Source of the DNA: Vulcanimicrobiota bacterium | GTDB lineage: Bacteria > Vulcanimicrobiota > Vulcanimicrobiia > Vulcanimicrobiales > Vulcanimicrobiaceae | Direction: 5' to 3' | Assembly: GCA_963812155.1 (NCBI GenBank) | Contig: CAWETW010000001.1 | Coordinates: 352,001 to 416,000 of the forward strand | DNA: 64,000 nt | Shown: positions 10,216-20,899 of the stretch, in pieces | Numbering within the stretch: position 1 is the first letter of the stretch | How the letters are laid out: each line of letters begins with the position of its first letter | The notes under the pieces: generated by a model | The model's database searches: none | What the model was told of the DNA's origin: nothing | The model's input: the letters and a program-made list of their open reading frames with translations, nothing else | Program-made: the position numbers and the translations under genes

Positions 10216-10335
10216 TCTATACTCCGTGGTTTTATGTGCGGGAGAGGCTTGCGTTCAGTCTACCGGCTGTGCGATGCTATGACTAGAACCTAGCTTATCC
10301 TAGCACTGGACGGTGCACCTAAAGGGGAACCAACG

Positions 10336-11175
10336 ATGCAGGCTACCAGTGGGCGGCGTGACGAGCTGAGCGATTTTCTACGGACGCGACGAGCCAAGAT
10401 CGTGCCATCGGACGTCGGTCTCGCCGACGGCGCGCGGCGCCGCACGCCGGGCCTGCGGCGCGAGGAGGTTGCGCTGCTGGCGAATATCGGCGCGACCTGG
10501 TACACGCGCCTCGAACAAGGCCTGCCGATCAACGTCTCCGCCGACGTGCTCGCCTCGATCTCGCGCGCGTTGCGCCTCACCTCCGACGAGCGCCGTCATC
10601 TCTACTTGCTCGCCGGTCTTCCGCTCGCCGTCGCGTCGCACGACGAGGAACGCGTCGGCAAGCTCGTAATGCGCGTGCTGAGTGCTCTCGAGCCCTCGCC
10701 GGCCTACGTCCGCGGGCGCCGCTGGGACGTGCTTGCCTGGAACCGCAGTGCCGATGCGCTCGGCGATTTCTCCAGCGCCACCGGCCCCGCGCGCAATATC
10801 GTTTGGCGCCTTTTCCGCGACGAGCACTCGCAATGCCGTTACGGCGATCTAAAGTGCATCATGCGCCGCTGCGTCGCAAACTTTCGCGCCGTCGCAGCCA
10901 AGTATCCGGACGATCCAGCCTTCGTCGAACTCATCGAGGAGCTTCGCACCAACTCGCTCGAGTTCAGGCGCCTCTGGGCCGAGCACGATGTCCTCGGCTC
11001 AACCGAAGGCCTCAAACAATTTCTGCATCCGGAGTTCGGTGAGTTCATTTTAGATTACACCGGCTTCGAACTCCCCGGCGACGGCGATATGCGGCTCATC
11101 GTTATGACTGCGGAGCCCGGTTCGGAAACCGAGCGCAAGCTTCAGCTTCTCGTTCCCGCGACCGTCACGGTCTAG
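10336..11175 (+). CDS. XRE-family HTH regulator with MmyB-like ligand-binding domain
   Basis: FLRTRR, RRRTPGLRREEVA, WYTRLEQG, PAYVRGRRWDVLAWN, EFRRLW; divergent from the MFS gene. Confidence 0.92.
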   Translation: MQATSGRRDELSDFLRTRRAKIVPSDVGLADGARRRTPGLRREEVALLANIGATWYTRLEQGLPINVSADVLASISRALRLTSDERRHLYLLAGLPLAVASHDEERVGKLVMRVLSALEPSPAYVRGRRWDVLAWNRSADALGDFSSATGPARNIVWRLFRDEHSQCRYGDLKCIMRRCVANFRAVAAKYPDDPAFVELIEELRTNSLEFRRLWAEHDVLGSTEGLKQFLHPEFGEFILDYTGFELPGDGDMRLIVMTAEPGSETERKLQLLVPATVTV

Positions 11176-11197
11176 CGTGACGCTGTTTTCTCGACGC

Positions 11198-12103
11198 TCA
11201 GGGTGACACGGGGGGTTGCATGAGGCGGCGGGCGAGCGGGTCGAGTGCGCGGCCGCGCCAGCGCAGTTCGTAGTTGAATTTGCGAATGGCGTTGCGCACC
11301 TTCACCGCTTTCGGCTGCTCCGCGACCACGCGCTCGGTCAGCGCGTGATATGGTGCGAGATGCGGCCGCAATCGATTCAGCGTCGCACGCGCTGCCGCCG
11401 GATGCGCGCCGGTGAAGCGGAGTAAGCGCGGGTACTCCGGCTTGAAATAATCAACCACGTCGAAGTCCGCCAGCCGTTCCTCGGGCAGCACGTCGCCCGG
11501 AGCGCCGAGCGACGAATAATGGCGTCCCTTTTCCGCGTGGCGGCGCGGCTCGAGCGTGTGGCCGTAGTGGGCGTACACGTACGGCAGCGCGATCCGCTTG
11601 CCGTCGATGCCGACCAGTCGTTCGTGGACCGGCGCTTCCCAATAGGCTCCGGCTTTGAAGCGAAAGAACATCATGCGGCGTTCGATCGACGTGTAGTGCT
11701 CGAATGCTTGAAAAAAATGCCACGTGTAGCCATCGACGAAATCGTAATCGGCGGGCACGAGGCCGAGGTTGGAAGCGATCGTCGCGATCGTTCGCGCGTC
11801 GTGGACTTCGTCGGCGTCCACAAATGCCACCCAGTCCCCGGCATCGCGGCGCTCGTGCAGCCGCATGCAAACGTTTCGCGCGGCGGCAAATCCGGCAAAC
11901 GGCGTATGGTCGACGACAAGGCGGCCGGTTCTTCCGAACGCACTGGCAGCGAGCACGTCTGCATGCGGCGATTCACCGGCTGCGTTGTCGTTGACGATCA
12001 GCAGCTCGGCCGCACCCGCGATCGAATCGAGGAGTGCGCTGAGAAACGGCTCTTCGCGCGCGCCGAGGATGAGATGCGCCGCAACGGCGTTGCGTTCGGA
12101 CAT
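11198..12103 (-). CDS. Glycosyltransferase family 2-like protein
   Basis: FAAARN, WVAFVDADE (DxD), PVHE, HYGH motifs. Confidence 0.8.
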   Translation of the reverse strand: MSERNAVAAHLILGAREEPFLSALLDSIAGAAELLIVNDNAAGESPHADVLAASAFGRTGRLVVDHTPFAGFAAARNVCMRLHERRDAGDWVAFVDADEVHDARTIATIASNLGLVPADYDFVDGYTWHFFQAFEHYTSIERRMMFFRFKAGAYWEAPVHERLVGIDGKRIALPYVYAHYGHTLEPRRHAEKGRHYSSLGAPGDVLPEERLADFDVVDYFKPEYPRLLRFTGAHPAAARATLNRLRPHLAPYHALTERVVAEQPKAVKVRNAIRKFNYELRWRGRALDPLARRLMQPPVSP

Positions 12104-12167
12104 CGAGGAGAACTCCGGTTCGCGCGCGCGGGCGGAGTTTCCGCCGGACGCGCGAAGTCGGTCGGCA

Positions 12168-13244
12168 ATGCCGTCCCTGCGCCTCGCCGTCGACGCGCTC
12201 GTCGTCGCCGAGGATACGCGCGGAATCGGACGCTACGCGCGCGCCGTTCTTCGGCGACTGGTCGCGCGCGACGACGTCGAACTCACGCTCTTGGAGCGCG
12301 GGCCGTTTGCATTTCGCCATCGCGCCGCGCTCGAAAAAGCGCTGGGCGCGTCGAACTTTCACGTTCGTTCGGCGGCAGGCGGACCGGCGCAGGCCGACGT
12401 CGTGTGGCATCCGGCCAACGGCACCTTCTTCCGATCGCGACTGCCGAGCGTTGCGACGATTCACGACGCGGTCCCCTTTCGTTATCCGGACGCCGATGCC
12501 AAGCGGCGCGCTCACGCCCAGGAACCGTTCTTGGAGTCGGCGCGCAGCGCCACGCGCTTCGTCGCGGTTTCTGATTTCGGACGCGACGAACTCCACGACG
12601 TCTTCGATATCGCTTCAGAGCGCATCGAGGTCATCTACCACGGCGTCGAGCCGTCGTTTGCGCCGGGTCCGGCGCAGCCGCTGCCGCCGGCGCTACACGA
12701 ACGCCGTTATCTGCTCTTCGTCGGCGACCCCATCGGCGAACCGCGGAAAAACTTCACAATGCTCTACGAAGCCTACCGGCAAGCGTGGCCGGTCAACGAC
12801 GCCGCGCGACCGCTCCTGGTCGTCGCGGGGCCGCCGGCACCGGCCTGGGACGGCGTCGTGCACGCCGGCAACCTCGGCGACGATTTGACGGCGCGGGGTT
12901 CGAGCGAAGCGTTGCGCGCGCTCTACCGCGGCGCGCTCGCGTTGACGCTCGCCTCGTACCACGAAACCTTCGGAATGCCGATGGTCGAGGCGATGGCCTG
13001 CGGCACGCCCGTGGTCGCGTCGCGCGCGGGATCGCTGCCCGAGATCGGCGCGGATGCGGTGCTCTACGCTCCGCCGGACGACGCCGGCGCGTGGGCCCTG
13101 GCGCTGCAGCGCGTTACCAGCGACGCCGCGCTGCGCGAGCGTTTGCGTTTGCGCGGACTCGATCGCGCAACGCACTTCGATTGGGACGAGAGCGCGGCCC
13201 GGCATCTCGCGCTCTTTCGCGACGTCGCGGCCGCGCCGGCGTGA
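12168..13244 (+). CDS. Glycosyltransferase family 4
   Basis: GIGRY, TIHD, PRKN, ETFGMPMVEAMACGTPVV. Confidence 0.9.
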   Translation: MPSLRLAVDALVVAEDTRGIGRYARAVLRRLVARDDVELTLLERGPFAFRHRAALEKALGASNFHVRSAAGGPAQADVVWHPANGTFFRSRLPSVATIHDAVPFRYPDADAKRRAHAQEPFLESARSATRFVAVSDFGRDELHDVFDIASERIEVIYHGVEPSFAPGPAQPLPPALHERRYLLFVGDPIGEPRKNFTMLYEAYRQAWPVNDAARPLLVVAGPPAPAWDGVVHAGNLGDDLTARGSSEALRALYRGALALTLASYHETFGMPMVEAMACGTPVVASRAGSLPEIGADAVLYAPPDDAGAWALALQRVTSDAALRERLRLRGLDRATHFDWDESAARHLALFRDVAAAPA

Positions 13245-14428
13245 AGATTTTCGTTCTCTGCGAGCGCGTCGACGCGGAGGGCGGCACCGAGACGTATCTG
13301 CGCACGCTGCTGCCCGCGCTGCGCGCTCGCGGACACGACGTGCGCGTGGCGGCCCGTTTCGCGGCTCAACCGGATGCCTACGGCGTTCCGGTCGAAACGG
13401 TTGCGTGGAGCGACGAGCACGATCCGCCGTCGGCCGGCGCCGCGGCGGCCGTCGCGCGTATCGCCGCGTCGTATCAACCCGACGTCGCCGCGATACACAA
13501 CGTACTGGATGCCGGCGTTCTCGCGGCCGTGCGAACGCACGTGCCGCGGGTCGCGTATCACCTTCACGACCATCGTCCATTCTGTCCCAACGGCGACCGG
13601 CTATATCCGCAAGGCGGCGGCATTTGCACGGTCCCGATGGGAATCGCCGCGTGCGGATGGCACGCACTCATCAGCGGCTGCGCGTACGGCCCGCGGCCGC
13701 GCACGTTCGGGCTCATTCGACTGCGCGAAGCGGTGAAGCGCGCCGTCGCGCAGGCCGATGCGACGATCGCGTTGTCGCACTACGTCGCAGACATCGCGCG
13801 CCGCAACGGCGTCGCGGCTGAGGAGATTCACGTCGTCGCGCCGGCGCTCGAAGAGCGCGCGTTCGCGCACGCGCCTTCGCCGCGGCCGCAGGAAGACGCG
13901 GTGCTCTTCGCCGGACGCGTCGTGCCGAGCAAAGGCGCGCGGTCGCTGGTGCGCGCGTTGGCATCGATCGCGCCGCAGATGCGGCCGCTGCTGCGCATCG
14001 CCGGCGACGGCCCCGATCTCGGCGACACGCTCGACGAAGCGCGCGCGCGTGCGGTGCGCGCCGAGCCGCTCGGCAGGCTCGCGGCGGCGGCGATGCGCGA
14101 CGCGTACGACACGGCGACGCTCGTTGCGATGCCGTCGCTCTGGGCCGAGCCGTTCGGCTTGGTGGGAATCGAGGCGTTCGCGCGGGGACGCCCGGTGGTC
14201 GCCTACGATGCGGGGGCGATCGGCGAGTGGCTCGCGCCGACCGGCGCCGGCCGCATCGTTGCGCTGCACGACGAGCGCGCGCTGGGCGCGGCGATCGCAG
14301 AACTCCTCGATCCCGGTGCGTGGAGCCATGCCGCCGCAAACGCGGTTGCAGCGACCGCCGGATACCGGATGCCGGATCATGTAGAGCGCATCGAAGCGAT
14401 CTACGCGGGAAACGCCGGGCGCGCATGA
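13241..14428 (+). CDS. Glycosyltransferase family 4
   Basis: GGTETY, FAGRVVPSKG, EPFGLVGIEAFARGRPVV; GTGA overlap with the upstream gene. Confidence 0.9.
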   Translation: MKIFVLCERVDAEGGTETYLRTLLPALRARGHDVRVAARFAAQPDAYGVPVETVAWSDEHDPPSAGAAAAVARIAASYQPDVAAIHNVLDAGVLAAVRTHVPRVAYHLHDHRPFCPNGDRLYPQGGGICTVPMGIAACGWHALISGCAYGPRPRTFGLIRLREAVKRAVAQADATIALSHYVADIARRNGVAAEEIHVVAPALEERAFAHAPSPRPQEDAVLFAGRVVPSKGARSLVRALASIAPQMRPLLRIAGDGPDLGDTLDEARARAVRAEPLGRLAAAAMRDAYDTATLVAMPSLWAEPFGLVGIEAFARGRPVVAYDAGAIGEWLAPTGAGRIVALHDERALGAAIAELLDPGAWSHAAANAVAATAGYRMPDHVERIEAIYAGNAGRA

Positions 14429-14922
14429 AGCGTATCGTGATCGCGACCGGATTAGCGATTGGCTCCGACGGTGACACGCGGCGGCTGCTGCTGGTCGCCT
14501 CGCGCTACGCCAACCACGCGCAGCCGCTTTGGAATCTTCCCGGCGGCCGGCAACGCGCCGGCGAACTGCTGCGCGACGCGGTCGAACGCGAGTGTTACGA
14601 GGAAACCGGCGTGCGCGTACACGCCGGCGCGCTCGCCTACGTCAGCGAGAGTTACGACGGCAACGGCGCGCACGTCATCAATGCAACGTTTCACGTCACG
14701 CCGCTGGAAGGCGGCGATGCGCTGCGCTTACCCCACGAGCGCGACGCCGTCGATCACGTCGTCGCGGCGGAGTGGGTGGCGATCGGCGAGCTCCCCTCGC
14801 GCCTGAGCGTCGCCGTCGTGCGCGAACCGCTGCTCGCGTACCTCGAAGGGCGCCTCGGCGAGCGCTATGCCGGATTCGCCGACGCCGGTATCACGATCGT
14901 GTGGCCGAGCGACTCGAACTGA
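14425..14922 (+). CDS. NUDIX hydrolase
   Basis: Nudix box LPGGRQRAGELLRDAVERECYEETG; ATGA overlap. Confidence 0.88.
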   Translation: MKRIVIATGLAIGSDGDTRRLLLVASRYANHAQPLWNLPGGRQRAGELLRDAVERECYEETGVRVHAGALAYVSESYDGNGAHVINATFHVTPLEGGDALRLPHERDAVDHVVAAEWVAIGELPSRLSVAVVREPLLAYLEGRLGERYAGFADAGITIVWPSDSN

Positions 14923-15472
14923 GATTACCCTGCGCGACCCAGCGCCCGCGCGGGAGCACGTAGGCGATCACGTCGACGGCCTGGCCTTGCACGGTGGCAC
15001 CGTGCCGCGCGACGCCCTCGTCGACGAAACCGTTGCGTTCGAGGACGGCGCGCGACGGCACGTTTTTCGGAACGCAGTAGGCGCGCACGCGCGTGAGTCC
15101 GGCGCGCTCGAATCCTTCGGCGACGAGCCCGGCGACCGCTTCCGTGGCAACGCCGCGGCCGCGATGCTCGCGCACGACGCTATAGCCGATCTCCGCCGTT
15201 TCGGTCGCGCGCTCGGGAATGCGCAACGATACCCAGCCAATCGGTTGAGAACCGTCTGCGCTCCAGTACAGCATCCATTCGAAGCGCCCGACCGCGCCGG
15301 CCCGCAGTTCTTTCGGCCGCTGGGCGATGTTGCGGCGAAACTCCGCGGCGTCGAGATCGGGCAAATCTTGAAAGTCGCGCAAATCCGGCTGCTGGAGCAC
15401 CTGCCAAAGCACGTGCGCGTTTTCCTCGAGCACCGGCACGAGACGCAGGCGCCGCGTAAGAACCGGCCTCAT
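14891..15472 (-). CDS. GNAT (RimJ/RimL-type) N-acetyltransferase
   Basis: TRRLRL, EIGY, RGRGVATEA, NVPSRAVLERNGF. Confidence 0.88.
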   Translation of the reverse strand: MRPVLTRRLRLVPVLEENAHVLWQVLQQPDLRDFQDLPDLDAAEFRRNIAQRPKELRAGAVGRFEWMLYWSADGSQPIGWVSLRIPERATETAEIGYSVVREHRGRGVATEAVAGLVAEGFERAGLTRVRAYCVPKNVPSRAVLERNGFVDEGVARHGATVQGQAVDVIAYVLPRGRWVAQGNLSSSRSATRS

Positions 15473-15510
15473 GCTTGACGCCACGCGCGCCCGCGTGATT
15501 GAGCGCCGCA

Positions 15511-15840
15511 ATGAATCTGTTCGCGGCATACGCGGGTACCGCTCCGGCGACGGTCGACTTCTATGCGACGGTCACGTCGGACCCGCGATTCTTCTACGGT
15601 TCGCGCACGCGCTGCATGCACGAAGCCTTCGAAGCGAGCAGCGATGCCGGTCCGGTGGAGATCGTCGACAACGTCGCCATCGCGCCGCGCTGTCCGGTGC
15701 GCGCCGGCGACCGGATCGAAGTGCGCGGTCAAATGGTGCACGATCCCGGGCGCCCGCCGGTCGTACATTGGACGCATCACGATCCGCGGCATCGCCACGA
15801 CGGCGGCTTCATCCGCCTCCACGGCCGGACGTACGCGTAG
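15511..15840 (+). CDS. DUF3465-like protein
   Basis: C-terminal VHWTHHDP..RH.GGFI motif. Confidence 0.7.
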   Translation: MNLFAAYAGTAPATVDFYATVTSDPRFFYGSRTRCMHEAFEASSDAGPVEIVDNVAIAPRCPVRAGDRIEVRGQMVHDPGRPPVVHWTHHDPRHRHDGGFIRLHGRTYA

Positions 15841-16615
15841 CCGGTCCGGCAACGCCGTGGCCGCCCATCTCGAGGAGTTCGGGAATCGTGACGAAGCGGT
15901 ACCCGCGCCGTTTGAGCGTCTCGACGATCAACCGCGTGGCCTCGACGTCCCGGCTGCGGTCGCACACGTGCGACGCGACGCGTTGCTTCGAGCAGAGGAT
16001 GCCGCGGTTGCCGTCGTGCAAATCGATGATGGAGCCGTCTGCCACGTAGCGCAGGACGCGCGCCGCGATCACCGGCGCCGGGGGATACTCCCAATCGTTG
16101 GGCAGCGGCACCGACCACATCACCGGCGTGTATCCGAGCCGGCGCACTTCGCCCAACACCAGCCAGTCGCGTCCGCCGTATGGCGGCCGCATGATGCGCG
16201 TGTGAGCGCCGGTGGCGGCAAAGATTGCGTCGTCGGTGCGCTGCAGGGTCTCGCGCAGACCGGTGCTATCGTAAAGCACCAGGTGGTCGTGGCCCCACGT
16301 ATGATTGCCGATCGCATTTCCGCCGCGATACTCACGCCGCACCGTCTGCGGGTAAGCTTGAACGGCCTGGCCGACGACGAAGAACGTTGCGTGCACGCGC
16401 TCCCCGCGTAAGACGTCGAGAATTTCGTCGGTGTACGGCGGATTCGGCCCGTCGTCGTAGGTCAGCGCGACGACCCGCTGATTTTTCGGACCGCTCACCA
16501 GCGTCTTTCCGAAGAGCTGGCTTCCGGGACTCTCGGCGATTTCGTACACGCCGAAGATCAGCGCGCCGGCAGCCGCTAACACGACGGCGGCCCGTGCCGC
16601 GCGCGGAAACGTCAC
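15809..16615 (-). CDS. Polysaccharide deacetylase (NodB/CE4), membrane-anchored
   Basis: ALTYDDGP, ATFFVVG, IGNHTWGH, MRPPYG, DLHD; GTG start overlaps the upstream stop. Confidence 0.92.
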   Translation of the reverse strand: MTFPRAARAAVVLAAAGALIFGVYEIAESPGSQLFGKTLVSGPKNQRVVALTYDDGPNPPYTDEILDVLRGERVHATFFVVGQAVQAYPQTVRREYRGGNAIGNHTWGHDHLVLYDSTGLRETLQRTDDAIFAATGAHTRIMRPPYGGRDWLVLGEVRRLGYTPVMWSVPLPNDWEYPPAPVIAARVLRYVADGSIIDLHDGNRGILCSKQRVASHVCDRSRDVEATRLIVETLKRRGYRFVTIPELLEMGGHGVAGPATRTSGRGGG

Positions 16616-17283
16616 GGTGACGCAGACGGCTGCACGCAGCGGCTCGTTCGCGCGCGCGCCAGCGCAAGGGCGACGTTTTGCCGGAACTCGTCGGGCCCGA
16701 ATGCGCGAAAGTCGTCGACGACCTTCTGGTAGCGAGGATCGCCGGTCACTTGGCTCTGCATGCGCAGCAGATCGGAGGCGTTCTGCTTCGAAAGGTCGAG
16801 ATGGAACTGACTGCGATGACCACGCTGCGCCCAGTACGCGGGATCGGTAAAGGTGACGGTTCGCTCGCCCTGCTTGAAATCGGCAAGTTGTTTGACGTAG
16901 ACGGAGTACGACGCGTCGGCGCCCTTGAGCGGCGGAAGGTTGACCATCTGCCAGATGCCGTCTTGGTCGAGGCCGCCGAAGAAAAAGCTCACGTCGTAGA
17001 TCTTGCCGGTGGGCGCCTTGATCGTAATCTCTTTGCAGTTGTAGGAGCGGACGCGGTAGTCGTAGCTCGAGACGCCCTCGATGTCTTGCATCCGGTACTC
17101 TTCTTCGTAAATCGGCGGGTTCGGATAGTGGATCGTGAGTCGCGCGTAGAGTTGACTCGGCGCACGCTGCGCGTGGCTGAGGCCGGCCACCGGATGCGGG
17201 CCGCCATAGACCCGCCATCCGATAACGAGAAAGATCGCGGTGAGCGCGACGATGAAGATTTCGATTGCAGAGGGCGGGCGCAT
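16612..17283 (-). CDS. Hypothetical protein with N-terminal TM anchor
   Basis: Hydrophobic N-terminal helix; translationally coupled to the deacetylase. Confidence 0.7.
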   Translation of the reverse strand: MRPPSAIEIFIVALTAIFLVIGWRVYGGPHPVAGLSHAQRAPSQLYARLTIHYPNPPIYEEEYRMQDIEGVSSYDYRVRSYNCKEITIKAPTGKIYDVSFFFGGLDQDGIWQMVNLPPLKGADASYSVYVKQLADFKQGERTVTFTDPAYWAQRGHRSQFHLDLSKQNASDLLRMQSQVTGDPRYQKVVDDFRAFGPDEFRQNVALALARARTSRCVQPSASP

Positions 17284-17296
17284 GTGACCGCGGCTC

Positions 17297-17743
17297 CTAC
17301 TTTGCGCGCGCGGGTGCTTCCTGGTCGAGCACCCGGTTCACCAATCGATCGGCAAGCGCGTTTTGCTTCCTTGGAACGTGGCGCAAGTCAATCTCATCGA
17401 ATGCGCGCAACAGCACGACGGCGCGGCGATAGAGCGGCTGGAGTTCGGGGTGCTTGACGCGGTAGTCACCGCGCAACTGTTTGACGACGAGTTCGGAATC
17501 CAGGCGGATGGCCAGTCGCCGAATTCCGCATTTGGCGGCCGCTTCGAGCCCGAGCAGCAGCGCCGTCCACTCGGCAACGTTGTTCGTCTTGACGCCGAGA
17601 TACGCAGAGGCTTCCTCGATCAGCTCTCCGGCGCCGTCGAGTAGCACGGCACCACTTGCGGCGGGTCCGGGATTGCCGCGCGATCCGCCGTCGGCAAAGA
17701 GGGTTGCCTCGGGCGCGCCGCCGGTGGTAAGCCGCATCTGCAT
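17297..17743 (-). CDS. rnhA: Ribonuclease HI family protein (archaeal/actinobacterial-like, standalone)
   Basis: ADGGSRGNPG, TNNVAEW, DSELVVKQ, HVPR..NALAD. Confidence 0.85.
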   Translation of the reverse strand: MQMRLTTGGAPEATLFADGGSRGNPGPAASGAVLLDGAGELIEEASAYLGVKTNNVAEWTALLLGLEAAAKCGIRRLAIRLDSELVVKQLRGDYRVKHPELQPLYRRAVVLLRAFDEIDLRHVPRKQNALADRLVNRVLDQEAPARAK

Positions 17744-17802
17744 GCCGCGGCTTTCGTCGGCGGCGGTGCATGAACCGCCCGCAAAACGGGGAAAAGCCCG
17801 GC

Positions 17803-18150
17803 ATGAAACATACATTCGTGCGGGCGGCGGCGGCCGCGCTCTTCGCCGGCCTGATGGCCGCGTCGTCGAGCGTCGCGCTGGCGGCGTCGACCTTCTACGG
17901 CATCGTGGTTCACGTTTCGACCTCGAACATCAAGGTTCAGAATCCCAAAGACCAGCAGACGCTGAGCTTTACCATCGTGCCGAAGTTCGACCAAGTCTTT
18001 TCGGCCAACGGCAAGACGACGTACCAAATGAGCGCCATCAAGGCGGGACAATACGTCGGCATCATCTACGACCAGAAGGCGTTGGGCGTACGGCACGCAG
18101 ATAAAATCTATCTTCTGAACAACGCCAACCAGCGGATCGGGGCGCAGTAA
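17803..18150 (+). CDS. Hypothetical secreted protein
   Basis: Ala-rich signal peptide followed by a beta-rich domain. Confidence 0.7.
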   Translation: MKHTFVRAAAAALFAGLMAASSSVALAASTFYGIVVHVSTSNIKVQNPKDQQTLSFTIVPKFDQVFSANGKTTYQMSAIKAGQYVGIIYDQKALGVRHADKIYLLNNANQRIGAQ

Positions 18151-18404
18151 CGGGCAGACGCGCCGCGACGCGGTTCGCGGTTCCCAGACAACCCGGCGCC
18201 AGGTGGCTTGACTTGGCGCCGTGAACGTTTAGCACGCTCGTCAGCCGGGTGGACGGCTTTTTTGCTTCGCTGGGTAACGCAGCAATCGCGAATACACAGG
18301 AAAGACCTTTCACAACGAAGGCCCCTAGCACGCCAAGAAAGACGGCGAAGCCGACAACGTCAAAGACCTTCTACGATGTTGCCGAAGATGGAACGCTGGA
18401 AAAT

Positions 18405-19182
18405 ATGTTGAGCGCGCAGTATACGCTCGCGCAATCCGCCGATCCGGCGGCCGAACGGCAACGCCTTGCGTTGCTCGAACGATGTTACGATGCATGGACG
18501 GTTGCCGAGTTGGAAGAAACCGGCGTGACGGCGGGCTGGACGTGCATCGAAGCCGGCGCGGGCGGCGGTTCGATTGCAAAATGGCTGGCAGAACGAGCCG
18601 GCGCGCGTGGGTCGGTGCTTGCAATCGATCTCGACTTACGACTGCTCGAACCGCCGGCGGCGCCGGCGATTTCCCTCAGACGGCTCGACATTCGCAACGA
18701 GGATCTTCCATCCGGCGCCGATCTCGTGCACGCGCGCTTTCTGCTCGAGCATCTGCCGGATTTTCGCATCGCGTTCGACCGCATGGTCCGCGCGCTTCGG
18801 CCCGGCGGCTGGCTCGTGGTGACCGATGCCGATTTTACCAGCGTACGTTTGGACGTCGCCGACCCGGCGTTCGATCGCGCGTCTTCGGCGTTCGCGGCCG
18901 CAACGCGAAGCGCGGGTTGGGATCCAGCGTTCGGCGCGTCGCTCCCGTCGCTATTCGAGGATGCCGGCCTCGCCGGCATCGTTGCGACCTCGCGGCAAGT
19001 ACGCGAGCGCGGCAACGATCACGGCGCGCTTCTCGCCGCGTCGTACGGGCGTATCGCAATGTTGATGGAGCGTTACGGCGCGAGTTCCGGCGACGTCGAG
19101 CGCGCTCAAGCGTTGATGCAACATCCGGCGACGCTTCTTCACCGGTCCCACGATTTGGACGGTGCGCGGAAAAGTTCTTTAG
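18405..19182 (+). CDS. Class I SAM-dependent methyltransferase (+1 frameshift at about 19143)
   Basis: EAGAGGG, AIDLD, DLVHARFLLEHL, LRPGGWL; removing one C restores the ending HGPTIWTVRGKVL*. Confidence 0.8.
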
Positions 19183-19203
19183 CTTATCCTGTCTGTCGCG
19201 GTT

Positions 19204-20203
19204 TTACAGTGGCGCCGGGCCGAAGGGGTCGCCCATCAGCGTATTGCTGCCCTGGATCGTCGCGATCGGCGCAACGTTCCCCTTGGCTGCGGGGGCGAAC
19301 TTCAGGATTGCATTCGAAAGGTCGGCGAGAAACAGATCGCCCGAGGTATCGAACGCCACGCCGCCTGGACCCGTAATCTTCGTCGTCGAGCCGGCGAGCG
19401 TCCACGCCGGCGCTGCGTTCCCGTTTGCCGTCAACTTATACGCGGTGATGCTGGGCGCGTTTAACTCGTTCGCGACGACGATTTTATTCGATTCGATCGC
19501 GACCGCGAGCGGCCAGTCCAGTTTGGTATTGGAGCCGGTGATCGTCGCGGCCGGAGCAACGTTCCCATGCGCCCCCGCAGCAAAGACGAAAATCGCCGCC
19601 ACGGGCGCGTCGGACACGTAGATTTTTCCGGACGCGTCGAACGCGATTCCCGCAGGCTCGTGGAGGCCAGTGGAGGCTCCCGAAATCGTGTGCAAGGGCG
19701 CCACGTTTCCGTTTGCGTTTGCGCCGAATTCAAGGATCGCCGGCGTCGGCTTATCGTTTGCGACCCACACGTGACCCGTCGCATCAATGGCAATCCCGCC
19801 GATGACGTTACCGATTTTTGTTTTCGAACCGCTAATCACCGCCGACGGCGCGACGTTGCCGTTGGAACCTGCTGCAAACCGGAGGACGTTCGTTTGGTTG
19901 TTTGCCACAAAGATGCGGCCGCTCGCGTCCTTCGTAATCGCAATCGGTAAATTCAACTGCGTATTACTGCCGGCGATATTTACCTGAGGGCTCACGTTAC
20001 CGGTCGAGGTTTGCTTGAATCCCAAGACCTGACTGCCCATGCGACTGGCGACGTACAAGAGCGACGCGCTGTTCGGTATCGCGTGCGCGCGACGTTTCGC
20101 GGGCGAACGAGCCGTTCGGAGCCGGCGACGCACCGCCGAGGTTTCCGTTACAAGCCGTCAGTAGTGCGGCAGCGAGGACTCCAATGGTCGATACGAAGCG
20201 CAT
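19204..20203 (-). CDS. NHL-repeat beta-propeller lipoprotein (+1 frameshift at about 20102)
   Basis: LTAC lipobox in ORF 19997..20203 joins the GNVAP..I.GS.T.L..P.GIA.D repeats in ORF 19204..20133. Confidence 0.8.
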
Positions 20204-20387
20204 CGTAAGCCTCCTAACGTGCGGTCTACGACGGCATTTCGCCAGTTGCGAGAAACACCTGCGCTAGGAGCGAATGGAGCGAGGACGAAGGCATGGACGC
20301 TGCAGCCTTATGCCCAGCGGTTTCATTGCTAGCGGATTGCTCCGGCGCGGCGAACAACTCGCCGGGGCTGCCGTCCGGTGCAAATAC

Positions 20388-20864
20388 ATGCCGGGCGTCG
20401 ACACCGTGCTCATAAGCTGCTCGACCGCCGGCAACCCCGTCGGCGTCGCCGTGGACCAACGCGGAAACGTGTTCGTCTCTGTCGGGAGTGCAATTGAGGA
20501 GTTCAAGCACGGACTGGTCAATTCGCATTGCACGCCGACGCAGCTTCCAGTCACGCTCGACAATCCGTCGGGGATGGCCTTCGACACGAATCGCAATCTG
20601 CTCGTGGCCGACGGCTCCGCGGCGGCCGTGGACATTATCGCGCCGCCATATACGACCGTCACGGGAACCCTCGGGTCCGGATGGACCCAACCAACGAGCG
20701 TCACCGTGATCAAGGCCGGCACAAGAGCCTACGTCGCCGATTTCGGCGCCGGAACCGTCAGCGTTCTTACCTACCCCGCGGGTTCAACCTTGACCACGCT
20801 CGACGGCGCGAATGGGCTGGAGTTTCCTTACTCCGCAGTCAATAGCAATAACTACGTCCCTTAG
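20388..20864 (+). pseudogene. N-terminally truncated NHL-repeat protein fragment
   Basis: PVGVAVD, PSGMAFD and YVADF repeats, but only about 3-4 blades and no signal peptide. Confidence 0.5.
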
Positions 20865-20899
20865 CGCGCGCCGCGCATAACAAGATCGCGCCGGTTCAG

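Noticed and set aside
18062..18370. Hydrophobic minus-strand reading frame upstream of the methyltransferase
   Set aside because: There is no convincing start or RBS and it overlaps the end of the 17803..18150 gene; it is at most a remnant.
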